Below, piece after piece: positions 10,420 through 20,716 of a stretch of DNA of 64,000 nt. Origin of the DNA: a virus. Taxonomy: Duplodnaviria > Caudoviricetes. The notes beneath the pieces are model-generated. The model was not told the DNA's origin. It worked only from the letters and a program-made list of their open reading frames with translations, and ran no database searches. Where the stretch lies: the IMG/VR virus record IMGVR_UViG_3300032226_000551, positions 50,348-114,347 of that record, one strand, 5' to 3'. A program made the translations under genes and the position numbers. The first letter of the stretch is position 1. Each line of letters begins with the position of its first letter.

Positions 10420-12996
10420 ATGGGTTATCGCAATGTTTATTATAATGCCAAGGATGAATGTATTCACCTTTGGACATGGGATGAAAGTGGCAATAGAATC
10501 AAAACAGAAAGCAGTTTTGAGCCATTTTTGCTTGTTGAATCACCAGATGGTACTGATGGAGTCTCTGTTTTTGATACAAAACTTAAAAAAATAAAGTTCA
10601 AGAATCAATTCGAGAGAAGTAAATTTTTAAATAGTACTACAATAACCAGATTGTTTCATAATCTGAATGTAGAACAGCAATTTTTACTGGAAACTTTTAA
10701 AAAGGAATCGGAAAAGGAAGATTTTAGCAAAAACAAGTTAAAGATTTTCTATATAGATATTGAAACATATGGTAGAGATGGATTTTCTACACCAGAAGAG
10801 GCTAGAGATCCAATAAATTTGATTACTGTATATGATTCTTTTTCTGAACACTATTATACATGGGGTACTGGTGGCTCTTATGTTTCAAAAAATTCAAATG
10901 AGACATATGTTAAGTGTTCAAACGAAGAAATTCTACTTAAAAAGTTTTTAGATTTCTGGGAATCTGATTATCCTGATGTTGTTAGCGGATGGAATATTTG
11001 TGGATACGATATTCCCTATATTATAAATCGTTTGGCTATCATATTCGATGACCAAGAGGCAAAGCGATTGTCTCCTGTTTCAAAATTAAGATTTGTTGAG
11101 AACTTATCTCTAAACAAAATGGGAAAGAGAATGGATAGATGGTACATATGTGGATTAAGCATTATTGACTATATGGAAGTCTATAAAACTTTTTCTTTGG
11201 GTGATAGGGAATCATATAGTTTGAATTACATTTCGGATTATGAACTAGGAGATTCTAAAATTGCTTATGTTGCATCATCTTTGGCAGATTTGGCTGATCA
11301 AGATTGGAATACTTTCGTAGATTACAACATACAAGACGTTAAACTTCTTATTAAGTTGGAAGATAAATTAAAGTTTTTGAAATTGGTTAGAAATCTTTCT
11401 TATAGAGGATTCATACCATTTGAAAAATCTATGGGAAAGGTGTCGTTGATTACTGGTGCGGTAGCAAATCAAGCACAAAAACAGGGTGTTTATATTCCAA
11501 CATTTAATGTTGAAAACGTGAAACAAAAATTTGCAGGAGGTTTTGTAATGGAACCCAGACCGGGTCTGTACGAGGATGTAGTAACCTACGATGCAAACAG
11601 TCTATATCCGAATACCATTATTACTCTGAATATTTCACCAGAAACAAAAATTGGTAAAGTTCTAAAAATAGAAAATGACAAATACACATTAAAGCTATCG
11701 AATAATAAAAATGTGGTGTTAGAAAAAGAAAAATTTGATAAGTTGGTTCAAAAAGAAAAACTATCAATATCAGAGGCTAATGTTTTATATACACAAAAGA
11801 TTAAAGGTGTTGTTCCCAATCTAATTGATGGTCTATATAAGGAAAGAGTTGCGGCAAAAAATAAAATGGGTGATGCAATTAAGAAGTTAAGCACCACAAC
11901 TGATCAAAAAGAGATACAAAAGTTAAAAGAAGAAATAAACGACAATGATACATTGTCAAATGTGTATAAGGTAATATTGAATTCTATTTATGGGGTATTC
12001 TCACAGATATATTCCCCTCTCTTTGATATAGATCATGCGGAAAGTGTTACATTAACAGGTCAATCGGTTGTTAAAAAGGGATCAGAGATCGTATTCCAAT
12101 ACCTAAAAGAGAAAGGATTTAATGGTTCTATTGATGATGTTTGCATATATCAAGATACAGACAGTGAATTTTTCTCATTTAAAAAGGTATTTGATTCTAA
12201 AGGTGTATCTTTAACAGATGAATCGAATAATATAACATTTGAAGCCAACAGTCTGATAGAAGAATATGGTAAAGTTTTAAATACCAAAATTAACGAGTGG
12301 GCGGCATCGAAATTTAATTCAATAGATACACGATATTTCTTTAAAAGAGAAAAGATATGTGATGTGGCAGTATTACAGAAAAAGAAATATTACATAATGC
12401 ATATTTTGGATAGTGAAGGTACTAAGGTTGACAAGTTTTTGTATAAAGGAATCGAAGTTGCTAAATCTATTCTATCGAAAGAGACAAAAAATCTGATCAA
12501 AAAAATTATTGAATCGGCAATTATTTCTAAAAACCGAAAAGTAGCGAATGGTTTATTCCAAGATGGATTTGAAGAGTATTGTAATATGAGTCCAGAATTG
12601 ATTTCATCTAGAAAAAAGGTAAACAATTACGAGAAGTATATAAATTCTGTTGATAAGGATGGTAAATTCGGAAAGGGAACACCCAACCATGTTAAATCTG
12701 CTATAAATCACAATAAACTAATAGATGTTTTAAAAATAACAGATAGGTATCAACATATTTCTAGCGGAGAAAAGATTAAAACTCTATATTGTTTAAAAAA
12801 TAGTTTGGGATTCGATACAATTGCTTTTGCAAATGATTTTCCAAAGGATTTTTATCAATATATAAAACCGGATTATCGGAAGATGTTTGAAAAAAATATA
12901 ATTCCTCCAATTAGTAGAGTGTTTCAAATAATCGGTTGGCCATTACCAGCAATAGGATGTGAACAAGTTACTGATTTAACCGAACTCTTTTCTTAA
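10420..12996 (+). CDS. Family B DNA polymerase (T4 gp43-like)
   Basis: ExoI YIDIET, ExoII GWNICGYDIPY, ExoIII YNIQDV, motif A YDANSLYP, motif B KVILNSIYG, motif C YQDTDS. Confidence 0.97.
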   Translation: MGYRNVYYNAKDECIHLWTWDESGNRIKTESSFEPFLLVESPDGTDGVSVFDTKLKKIKFKNQFERSKFLNSTTITRLFHNLNVEQQFLLETFKKESEKEDFSKNKLKIFYIDIETYGRDGFSTPEEARDPINLITVYDSFSEHYYTWGTGGSYVSKNSNETYVKCSNEEILLKKFLDFWESDYPDVVSGWNICGYDIPYIINRLAIIFDDQEAKRLSPVSKLRFVENLSLNKMGKRMDRWYICGLSIIDYMEVYKTFSLGDRESYSLNYISDYELGDSKIAYVASSLADLADQDWNTFVDYNIQDVKLLIKLEDKLKFLKLVRNLSYRGFIPFEKSMGKVSLITGAVANQAQKQGVYIPTFNVENVKQKFAGGFVMEPRPGLYEDVVTYDANSLYPNTIITLNISPETKIGKVLKIENDKYTLKLSNNKNVVLEKEKFDKLVQKEKLSISEANVLYTQKIKGVVPNLIDGLYKERVAAKNKMGDAIKKLSTTTDQKEIQKLKEEINDNDTLSNVYKVILNSIYGVFSQIYSPLFDIDHAESVTLTGQSVVKKGSEIVFQYLKEKGFNGSIDDVCIYQDTDSEFFSFKKVFDSKGVSLTDESNNITFEANSLIEEYGKVLNTKINEWAASKFNSIDTRYFFKREKICDVAVLQKKKYYIMHILDSEGTKVDKFLYKGIEVAKSILSKETKNLIKKIIESAIISKNRKVANGLFQDGFEEYCNMSPELISSRKKVNNYEKYINSVDKDGKFGKGTPNHVKSAINHNKLIDVLKITDRYQHISSGEKIKTLYCLKNSLGFDTIAFANDFPKDFYQYIKPDYRKMFEKNIIPPISRVFQIIGWPLPAIGCEQVTDLTELFS

Positions 12997-13264
12997 AAAA
13001 ATCTTTAAATGATTCAGGCATATGTATTTTTTCTCTTGCTTTAGCAAATCCAGAAGCAAGTTCGTCATCATTTAAATATTTTTTTGGTTTTTGGGGTTTA
13101 GGAAGAATATTAATTTCATTATTTATATCTTCTAATCTTGAATTTATTAATGATGCAACTTCATCATCAGTCATTTCATTAAACAATTCATTATCAATAC
13201 TTATTGGTAATGAACTATGAACCCACTCGTTAGTTTTTCCATTATATCTAAAATCATCTTTCAT
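12968..13264 (-). CDS. Hypothetical protein
   Basis: 98 aa ORF with ATG, preceded by a TAAATA motif 6 nt upstream; overlaps the polB 3' end convergently. Confidence 0.6.
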   Translation of the reverse strand: MKDDFRYNGKTNEWVHSSLPISIDNELFNEMTDDEVASLINSRLEDINNEINILPKPQKPKKYLNDDELASGFAKAREKIHMPESFKDFFKKRVRLNQ

Positions 13265-13282
13265 TTTTTATATTTACACTAG

Positions 13283-13310
13283 TTGACATTTTAATACATC
13301 GTATTAAAAT
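13283..13310 (+). promoter_or_regulatory. sigma70-type promoter
   Basis: TTGACA-16 nt-TAAAAT before ATG 13320. Confidence 0.6.
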
Positions 13311-13319
13311 ATATAAGAT

Positions 13320-13727
13320 ATGAGTAATACAACAGAAACAACAAACAATACAACGACACCAATTATCTTTTTAGATACTGTAGGAAGAACCATCATGGCA
13401 CTTCCTGATGCATCTAGTGATGATAGTGTTTTAACTGTAAAAAATCCGGTAGTTATCATGGTAGGTGGAGATAACAGCGGAAAAATGTCGGTACAACTAT
13501 TCCCACTATTCTTCAGAGAGTTTCTAGCCGATAAGAATGCAGATGTGACATTCTCTTATAAGAAGGATTCCATCACATTGAGCAATATCGAAGCGATTGA
13601 TTTTAGATTGCAAGCTCAGTATTCACAAATGTTCTCAAAGACAAATTCCTTTGTTGCACCAGAACAACAACAGCAACCACAGCAAGCAACTGAGCAAAAG
13701 GTAGTTAACTTATTCGATGACAATTAA
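13320..13727 (+). CDS. Hypothetical protein (possible Sm-like fold)
   Basis: Beta-rich core (LTVKNPVVI), Q-rich tail, own promoter. Confidence 0.6.
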   Translation: MSNTTETTNNTTTPIIFLDTVGRTIMALPDASSDDSVLTVKNPVVIMVGGDNSGKMSVQLFPLFFREFLADKNADVTFSYKKDSITLSNIEAIDFRLQAQYSQMFSKTNSFVAPEQQQQPQQATEQKVVNLFDDN

Positions 13728-13828
13728 TTATAACAAATAATTTTAAAATATAAAAAAGGTACAATTTATATATTTATACGTCATGATAATTTGTTTGACG
13801 AATAGTAAGTTGGTATAAACATAATAAA

Positions 13829-13865
13829 AACAAACCCGAAAAGTTTTTGACTTTTCGGGTTTGTT
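13829..13865. terminator. Perfect 16-bp inverted repeat, probable intrinsic terminator, overlapping the uvsX promoter
   Basis: aacaaacccgaaaagt-ttttg-acttttcgggtttgtt. Confidence 0.7.
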
Positions 13866-13875
13866 GCTTTATACT
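13847..13875 (+). promoter_or_regulatory. sigma70-type promoter of uvsX
   Basis: TTGACT-17 nt-TATACT; ATG at 13885. Confidence 0.7.
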
Positions 13876-13884
13876 ATAAAACAT

Positions 13885-14997
13885 ATGGCTAAAACAAAAA
13901 AAGAAAACACAGAAGATCAAGAAACAACAGGAACAATCGAGGAAGCATTTAAAATTCTAGATGATCTCAATCCAGAGGCATCATTTTTAGATGAAAACAG
14001 TCTTTCAACAGTAAAAGAATGGATTGATACTGGATCAATGGCACTCAATGCAATTATTTCTGGTTCTTTGTATGGGGGAATTCCTATGGGAAGACTTTCT
14101 GGTTTTATCGGACCAGAATCGTGCGGAAAAACTCTAATCGCTAATAAAATAATGGCAAATGCTCAAAAGAAAGGTATGCATGTCGCATATTTTGATACAG
14201 AAGGAGCATTGGATGAAGATACAGCAAAAAGATTGGGTTGTGATCCATCGAAAATCAAACATGCACCAACGGAATTGACCGAGCAATGTAGAAATCAAAT
14301 TGTGAAGTTCTTGGATACTGTTATTGAAAAGAAATTACAGGGAAAAGTATTGATTGTTATCGATTCACTCGGAAATCTTATTACAACACAGGAAAAAAAG
14401 AAGATCGATGAAGGTAGCGACACACCAGACATGGGAAATAGAGCAAAAGCATTGAAGAGTATGATGAGAGCTATTACACATTCTGCTGCAAAGGCAAATT
14501 GTCCTATTGTTTTCACCAATCACATCTATGATGATCCATCACAGTTGCATCCAACAGCAATTAAAAAGCAAGCAGGAGGTTCTGGACCTCTTTATATGGC
14601 ATCGGTTATTGTTCAAATGGCAAAGAAAGTAGAAAGAGCCAGCGATAGTAAAAATAAAGATTCGAATGAAACTACAACATCATTGGCTAAAGACATAAAC
14701 GGTCTTACTTTGAGAGCATTTACAACAAAGAACCGTTTTGTTGTTCCATTTCTTGAGACAGAGATGTATTTGAACTTTAAAACTGGTCTAAATAAGTATT
14801 CGGGACTCCTTGAAATGGCAGAAGGATATGGTGTTCTTGAAAAACAAGGTCATCGTTACGCATTAAATGGAGAATTGTTGGGATTCTTTAAAGACTTCAA
14901 AGATAATCCAGAAGTTTGGGACAAAATCTTACCTTTACTTGAGGCTAAACTTAGTGCAGAATTGTCATTTAAGAATGAAAACACACAAAGTATTTAA
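13885..14997 (+). CDS. uvsX: RecA-like recombinase (UvsX)
   Basis: IDTGSMALN, Walker A GPESCGKT, YFDTEGA, IVIDSLGNL, FTNH, KNRF. Confidence 0.92.
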   Translation: MAKTKKENTEDQETTGTIEEAFKILDDLNPEASFLDENSLSTVKEWIDTGSMALNAIISGSLYGGIPMGRLSGFIGPESCGKTLIANKIMANAQKKGMHVAYFDTEGALDEDTAKRLGCDPSKIKHAPTELTEQCRNQIVKFLDTVIEKKLQGKVLIVIDSLGNLITTQEKKKIDEGSDTPDMGNRAKALKSMMRAITHSAAKANCPIVFTNHIYDDPSQLHPTAIKKQAGGSGPLYMASVIVQMAKKVERASDSKNKDSNETTTSLAKDINGLTLRAFTTKNRFVVPFLETEMYLNFKTGLNKYSGLLEMAEGYGVLEKQGHRYALNGELLGFFKDFKDNPEVWDKILPLLEAKLSAELSFKNENTQSI

Positions 14998-15005
14998 TTT
15001 TTTAA

Positions 15006-16406
15006 ATGATTAAAAACCTACCTCTTGATTTGGAGCTTTATGAGAGCATTGTTCTATACAATGCTCTCCTTGATCAAGGATATTTAGAGACAATTATTCA
15101 TCATACAAAGCCTACTTTCTTTAAGAATAAGAATTATAGGACGGTTTTTGAGTCTATTGTATCGTTTTATTCTGAATATAGAAAAATTCCTAACACAACC
15201 GAACTAAAAACACATCTTATAGACCAAGAAAAACGTGATGCATTAAAAGAAACTATTTTATCTTTTAAAAATATTGATAAAAAATACGATAAAGATGTTT
15301 TATTAAAAAATACAGAGCGTTTTATTAAAGAAAAGTCAGTATTGACTACTGTATTAAAGACTTCTTTGGACATACAAACCGGAAATATCGATCCTTCCAA
15401 GATATTGAAGGAGTTCGAGAGTGCTTGTAATATATCTTTAATCGATAATAATGGTTTTGATTATCTAGAATCCATTGATAAACATTGTGAAGACTTGCAA
15501 AAGGTTTTTAATGTGATTCCAACTGGCTGGAAATGGCTGGATGAGAAACTGGGTGGTGGTCTTATGGCAGAAGGAAGGGCATTGTATGTATTTTTCGGTG
15601 TTACCAATGTTGGTAAATCAATATTTTTGGGAAATATGGCAACCAATCTACTAAGCCAAGACAAAACGGTTGTTTTAATTTCATTGGAAATGCCAGAACA
15701 GATATATGCAAAGAGAATAAGTTCACAGTTATCACAAATACCATTTTGTGATCTGAAACTACAGACAGATTCTCTTAAAAAACATCTAAACCAATATAAG
15801 GTTCATAATAAAAATGCAAAGTTGATAATAAAAGAATTTCCACCAAAGACTGTAACACCCGCAAATCTAAAATCATATTTGGATAAGCTTGTAAGAAGTG
15901 GAATCAATCCAGATGCGGTAGTATTGGACTATTTAAACTTGCTTTCTCCTAATACAAATGGTTTAAATTCTTATGAAGCGGTTAAAGAGATTACGGAAAG
16001 TGTGAGAGCATTATCATATCACTTCAGTTGTCCTGTTATTTCTGCGACACAAGCAAATAGAAGTGCATTTTCAACTCCAAATCCAGATATGGATATGACC
16101 AGTGAATCTATGGGTCTTTCTCATACGGTAGATGCACAGATTTCTATTTGGACAGAGAAAGAAGACTTTGATTTGGGTATTATACACATGGGAATTGTCA
16201 AAAATCGATTTGGTCCAAGGCAATGTCATACTGTTTTGGAGATAGATTATGATACATTGTCACTAAAAGATCCCGATGAAGTATCAAAATCGTTTACTGT
16301 AAAAAATCCAAAAAAACAAGTCATGTCAACTGATGGTGATTTGAATGAATCGGTTATAAATACATTGGATTTGATAGAAAGTTTAAGTTTAAATGATGAA
16401 AATTAA
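15006..16406 (+). CDS. DnaB-like replicative helicase (T4 gp41-like)
   Basis: IPTGWKWLD, GVTNVGKS, ISLEM, IIKEFPP, LDYLNL, SATQANR, KNRFG. Confidence 0.93.
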   Translation: MIKNLPLDLELYESIVLYNALLDQGYLETIIHHTKPTFFKNKNYRTVFESIVSFYSEYRKIPNTTELKTHLIDQEKRDALKETILSFKNIDKKYDKDVLLKNTERFIKEKSVLTTVLKTSLDIQTGNIDPSKILKEFESACNISLIDNNGFDYLESIDKHCEDLQKVFNVIPTGWKWLDEKLGGGLMAEGRALYVFFGVTNVGKSIFLGNMATNLLSQDKTVVLISLEMPEQIYAKRISSQLSQIPFCDLKLQTDSLKKHLNQYKVHNKNAKLIIKEFPPKTVTPANLKSYLDKLVRSGINPDAVVLDYLNLLSPNTNGLNSYEAVKEITESVRALSYHFSCPVISATQANRSAFSTPNPDMDMTSESMGLSHTVDAQISIWTEKEDFDLGIIHMGIVKNRFGPRQCHTVLEIDYDTLSLKDPDEVSKSFTVKNPKKQVMSTDGDLNESVINTLDLIESLSLNDEN

Positions 16407-16428
16407 AGACATGTGATTAAATAGTGAT

Positions 16429-17319
16429 ATGTGCAGTGATACATATCATATTTTTACACACAAGGATTTGGATGGTGCGGCGAGTTTATTGACTTTTATT
16501 TGGTCTAAGCCAAATGAGACTGTATCATTTAATGAAATAACAAATTTAGAAACAGATAAAATCAAACAAATAGTAAAAAGATTATCTAATCCTAAAAATG
16601 TTTATATTTTCGATTTAGCTTTAAGAAAAGATTTCCTCCCCGAACTTGATCAGCCATACATTACCATAATCGATCATCATAAAAGATCAGAAGAATATGT
16701 AAAAGATTTTAAAAAATCAAAAATATTACATAAAGAATATTCTTCAAATTGTCTTTTGCTAAAAAGATTGTTTTGTGATGACAAAATAGAATTAACCGAT
16801 TCACAAAAAAAATTAATTGAATTGGTAGATGATTATGATTCAAATTCTATGGTTTTTAACGAGTCTTATGATCTGAATGTTCTTTTTTGGATGGATTATA
16901 AAGACAATTTTCCAAAATTTATAAACGATTATAAGTCGGGATACAAAGAACCATCTTTAGAACAAAGAAAAAAAATAGATTTTGCTAAAAATGTAGCATA
17001 TAAAGAAGCATCTAATGTTCAAATATATAAAGGATCATTGAACATAAAGGGTAAGGTTAAAAGTACCATAGGTGTACAGGTTAATTCTTTTAACAATCTA
17101 ACAATAGATGCGATTACAAAAAAATATGACTCGGATTTATACTTTTTTATAAATCCAAAAACAAATAGAGTCGTTATAAGACAAAAAAAATCAGATGATC
17201 CTATAGACTTGCAAAAATTTGCCGAAAAATTTTGTGATGGGGGAGGAAATACACATTGTGCATCAGGAAAATTGACTCCATTGTTTATGGAATTGACAAA
17301 AAATTTAAAACCATTATGA
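16429..17319 (+). CDS. DHH-family phosphoesterase
   Basis: HKDLDG, YIFDL, IIDHH, C-terminal GGGNTHCASG (DHHA1-like). Confidence 0.8.
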   Translation: MCSDTYHIFTHKDLDGAASLLTFIWSKPNETVSFNEITNLETDKIKQIVKRLSNPKNVYIFDLALRKDFLPELDQPYITIIDHHKRSEEYVKDFKKSKILHKEYSSNCLLLKRLFCDDKIELTDSQKKLIELVDDYDSNSMVFNESYDLNVLFWMDYKDNFPKFINDYKSGYKEPSLEQRKKIDFAKNVAYKEASNVQIYKGSLNIKGKVKSTIGVQVNSFNNLTIDAITKKYDSDLYFFINPKTNRVVIRQKKSDDPIDLQKFAEKFCDGGGNTHCASGKLTPLFMELTKNLKPL

Positions 17320-17621
17320 TAATAACATCATCACAACAATTAGAAGAAAGATCAAACCCATCAGATGCTCTAAATTTAGAAGAATTTGAAGATATAACAT
17401 TAAAATTTGGTTCTTTTGTTTGTATTTCAAAAGGTAAGAAGTTAAATTATTTAAATTTTCTAAAATTTCTAGTAGACGATCCAAAAACTCAAAAAATATA
17501 CTTCAATTTATTAAACGAACACAACCTACAAACTATAATAACCGCATATTTAAAATCAACACCCAATATATACAAAAAAATATTTAGATCAAAATTAAAC
17601 CCAAAAAATAAAAAAACTTGA
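17316..17621 (+). CDS. Hypothetical protein
   Basis: ATGA overlap with the DHH stop codon; lies within the operon. Confidence 0.6.
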   Translation: MIITSSQQLEERSNPSDALNLEEFEDITLKFGSFVCISKGKKLNYLNFLKFLVDDPKTQKIYFNLLNEHNLQTIITAYLKSTPNIYKKIFRSKLNPKNKKT

Positions 17622-18292
17622 ACGAATTTCAAAAAAAAATATACAACTGCTTTTTAAAAAACTCTAGAAAAGGAAAACCCTTTCAACCAAGAAAGGATTT
17701 TTCGGATATGTCCGAAGAAACTCTAACATATTTGACAAAAATGGAATTGTTTTTTCAAAAATATTCACATATAAACATAGAAGAATATTTTGAAGCACCA
17801 AATTGTCTTCATCCTGATGACAAATATCCAAATTTACAATATTTCTTTACTAGATCTGCGATAAAAACCTATACAGTCTATAAAAATATAAAGGAAGACG
17901 AAAATCCAGAAAATCAATTTGATAAAATCAAAGAGAGTATTTGTTTTATAGGAAAATTTTGTTTGGATAATGGTATAGAATTAAAAAACTATCTGAATTT
18001 CCGAAATGGCTACATGTATTCTTGGATAAATCACTACAGGGAACATAGAATCAATCCATATTCAATCATGGAACTTGGAAATTTTGAAAAAATTTTATTT
18101 TCTTTGTTGGAAGAGGAAAGAGATATGTATGCCAGCAATTTGGTTGAAAAGATTGATTCCTTTAAGGTTAGATACCACAATTCCTATAAAACAAAAACAT
18201 TCGTTAAGACCGCAACAAAAAAAATTGAAAATTTCGTAAAAGAAAACTTGCAAAACAAAACATCAAATGCTAATATAAAAAAGTATGAGTAA
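17618..18292 (+). CDS. Hypothetical protein (position resembles the T4 gp59 helicase loader)
   Basis: 224 aa helical protein directly upstream of the SSB gene; the functional guess rests on synteny only. Confidence 0.5.
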   Translation: MNEFQKKIYNCFLKNSRKGKPFQPRKDFSDMSEETLTYLTKMELFFQKYSHINIEEYFEAPNCLHPDDKYPNLQYFFTRSAIKTYTVYKNIKEDENPENQFDKIKESICFIGKFCLDNGIELKNYLNFRNGYMYSWINHYREHRINPYSIMELGNFEKILFSLLEEERDMYASNLVEKIDSFKVRYHNSYKTKTFVKTATKKIENFVKENLQNKTSNANIKKYE

Positions 18293-19142
18293 ATACACAA
18301 CATCACTATTCGAATCCATCAAGGATGCGATCAACAAAAACAACAACACATCAACAGAAAGTTCTTTTAAGGACTTTATGAAGCTAGAGATCGACAAGAC
18401 TTACATTGTAAGACTTGTTCCATTGGTAACAAATCCAGAAAGGACATTCTTCCACTATTATAGTCATATCTGGAAGAGTATTTCGACAAACAATATCGTT
18501 TCGGTTCTCTGTCCAAATACATATGGAGAGAAATGCCCAATCGATGAATACCGTTCAAAGGTATATGCATCAAAGAATGATCTGGAGATCGAAAAGATTC
18601 GACCAATTAAGAGGAACGAGAATTGGCTGGTAAATGTTTTGGTTATAAAAGATCCAACCAATCCAGAAAATCAAGGAAAGGTAAAGATCCTTCGATATGG
18701 TAAGCAACTCGCAAAGATCATTGATTCTGCTATCACAGGAGATGACTCTGATGAATTCGGTGCAAAGGTTTTCGATCTTTCTGAAAGCGGATGCAACCTT
18801 AAAATCAAGGTAGAGAAAAACGAAGGTGGTTATGCCACTTATGTAGGTTCTAAGTTTATGTCACCATCAAAGGTTGATGGTATCGATAATATCGATGAAG
18901 TTTATAATTCGGCAAATGATTTGGATGCAATCTTTGATCACAAGTCTTATGATGACATTAAGAAATTGTTGAATACACATTTCTTGGGTAAGAATGACCA
19001 AACAGAAGTTGTAGAAACAGAAGTACAGGAAGATTTTGACAGTTATGCTGAAATCGTTTCGACTGCTGGTAAGACAACATCATCTTCTTCTGAAGACTCT
19101 GACGAAGATAGAAAAATGCAGGAGATTTTGAACGATCTATAA
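18285..19142 (+). CDS. Single-stranded DNA-binding protein (T4 gp32-like)
   Basis: VRLVP, CPNTYGEKCPI, NVLVIKDPTNPENQGKV, acidic C-terminal tail. Confidence 0.9.
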   Translation: MSKYTTSLFESIKDAINKNNNTSTESSFKDFMKLEIDKTYIVRLVPLVTNPERTFFHYYSHIWKSISTNNIVSVLCPNTYGEKCPIDEYRSKVYASKNDLEIEKIRPIKRNENWLVNVLVIKDPTNPENQGKVKILRYGKQLAKIIDSAITGDDSDEFGAKVFDLSESGCNLKIKVEKNEGGYATYVGSKFMSPSKVDGIDNIDEVYNSANDLDAIFDHKSYDDIKKLLNTHFLGKNDQTEVVETEVQEDFDSYAEIVSTAGKTTSSSSEDSDEDRKMQEILNDL

Positions 19143-19143
19143 T

Positions 19144-19623
19144 ATGAGTCCACAAGAAGAAGCACTAGAAGCTGCTAAATTAGCAAAGGCTGTTAGTTCT
19201 CAACTTGGATTGATTGATAAATTATCGACTGAAAGACCCGAAAGACCAGCAAATCAAATAGACATTAATAGTTTTATTTCTAGAGTTGTTGATCCTAGTC
19301 GTAATAGAAATGCAGCAAGTTCCTCTGGTTATGTACCGGAGGAACTTGTTCAATCTCTTGTTCCAGAACCAAAATACGCATTTCCACAATCTCCTGTGAG
19401 TGAAAATACAGTAAAAGAACCAGTAATTCATCAATTACCACAAATTGGTAAAAGAGAAACAAAGAATCAAAAGAGCGAACCTGTAATTTTGACATCGGAA
19501 GATAAAAACATCAAAAAGATTGCTAATTCTTTGGAAAGAATTGCAAAAAGTTATGAGAAATATGTTGAATGTTTTATTAATTGTAATACAATCAATAAAC
19601 AAACAAATATTTTAAATGAGTGA
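19144..19623 (+). CDS. Hypothetical protein
   Basis: 159 aa ORF between the SSB and clamp genes. Confidence 0.6.
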   Translation: MSPQEEALEAAKLAKAVSSQLGLIDKLSTERPERPANQIDINSFISRVVDPSRNRNAASSSGYVPEELVQSLVPEPKYAFPQSPVSENTVKEPVIHQLPQIGKRETKNQKSEPVILTSEDKNIKKIANSLERIAKSYEKYVECFINCNTINKQTNILNE

Positions 19624-20371
19624 TAAAATTTTACCTGTACCAAAAACCATTCTAGAGAAAATACTAAAACCTGTTAGTAAAATAACAGAAAGTTGTATTT
19701 TAAAAATATCTAAAGATGATTTGTACACAATATGTACACCATCCGACAATTCTTTGATATTGTATGCAAAGACAAAATTGCCGTTTGAATTGAGTGATTT
19801 TAAAATCAACATCATAAACATTAAAAAACTATTAACAGGTTTGGATTGTTTGGGTGATGATGGTGAATTTACTATATTTTTAAACGAAAACAATATTGAA
19901 TGTCATAGTAAAGATGTAAATTCTGGAGAAAACACGCATTTTAAATACCATTTAGTAGATGATGGTATAATAAAAGAATCATCGGTGAATGTTCAAAAGA
20001 TAGCAAAATTAAATTTTGATACAGAATTTGAAATTTCACAAGATAAGATAAAAAGAATAATGACCGCATATTCTTTCGTATCGGATGTTAATAAAATATA
20101 CTTCTTTACGGAAGAGGGAAAGGTAAAATGCGAAATAAACGATAAGACTATGCAAAATGTCGATAACTTATCGATGGTTTTGACCGATAAGGTAATTGGA
20201 GATGAGATATTAAAACCTATACCTGTAAACATTGAGGTTTTTAAGAATTTAATATCTAGTAAAACTAATATTAAAGTAAAAATAAACAATGAATACAAGG
20301 TTTTCATATTCCAAACACAGGAAGATGAAAATGTAGACCTAAAATATATAGTTTCTGCACTTGTCAAATAA
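19616..20371 (+). CDS. DNA sliding clamp (T4 gp45-like)
   Basis: 251 aa, alternating beta/alpha pattern, C-terminal LKYIVSALVK, replication-operon context. Confidence 0.7.
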   Translation: MSDKILPVPKTILEKILKPVSKITESCILKISKDDLYTICTPSDNSLILYAKTKLPFELSDFKINIINIKKLLTGLDCLGDDGEFTIFLNENNIECHSKDVNSGENTHFKYHLVDDGIIKESSVNVQKIAKLNFDTEFEISQDKIKRIMTAYSFVSDVNKIYFFTEEGKVKCEINDKTMQNVDNLSMVLTDKVIGDEILKPIPVNIEVFKNLISSKTNIKVKINNEYKVFIFQTQEDENVDLKYIVSALVK

Positions 20372-20394
20372 CCTATATCAAGTAAGTTTTTAAT

Positions 20395-20715
20395 ATGGCT
20401 AATAATAAAATAACAACTATAAGTTACTTCATCAAAAGACTAAGAGATAGTGGATATGTTGCTGATAAAGTATTCAGTGAATATGGTAAACAAGACCCTA
20501 GATGTTGGACTGTTGTTGTTGATCCAAAATTCTCATCGGTTATGATAACATATTTTAACAATCATAATTATATGGGTGAAGAATATTTTAGCATAAACGA
20601 TGGGGGTCAATTTTTTCCAGAAAATTTTAAACTAAAGACAAGTTCCATAGAAGTTGTTATTGAATATTTGGTCAAGTTTGGAATCAATAACAAGTCTGAT
20701 ACATATAAGGACTAA
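20395..20715 (+). CDS. Hypothetical protein
   Basis: 106 aa ORF with ATG. Confidence 0.65.
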   Translation: MANNKITTISYFIKRLRDSGYVADKVFSEYGKQDPRCWTVVVDPKFSSVMITYFNNHNYMGEEYFSINDGGQFFPENFKLKTSSIEVVIEYLVKFGINNKSDTYKD

Positions 20716-20716
20716 T

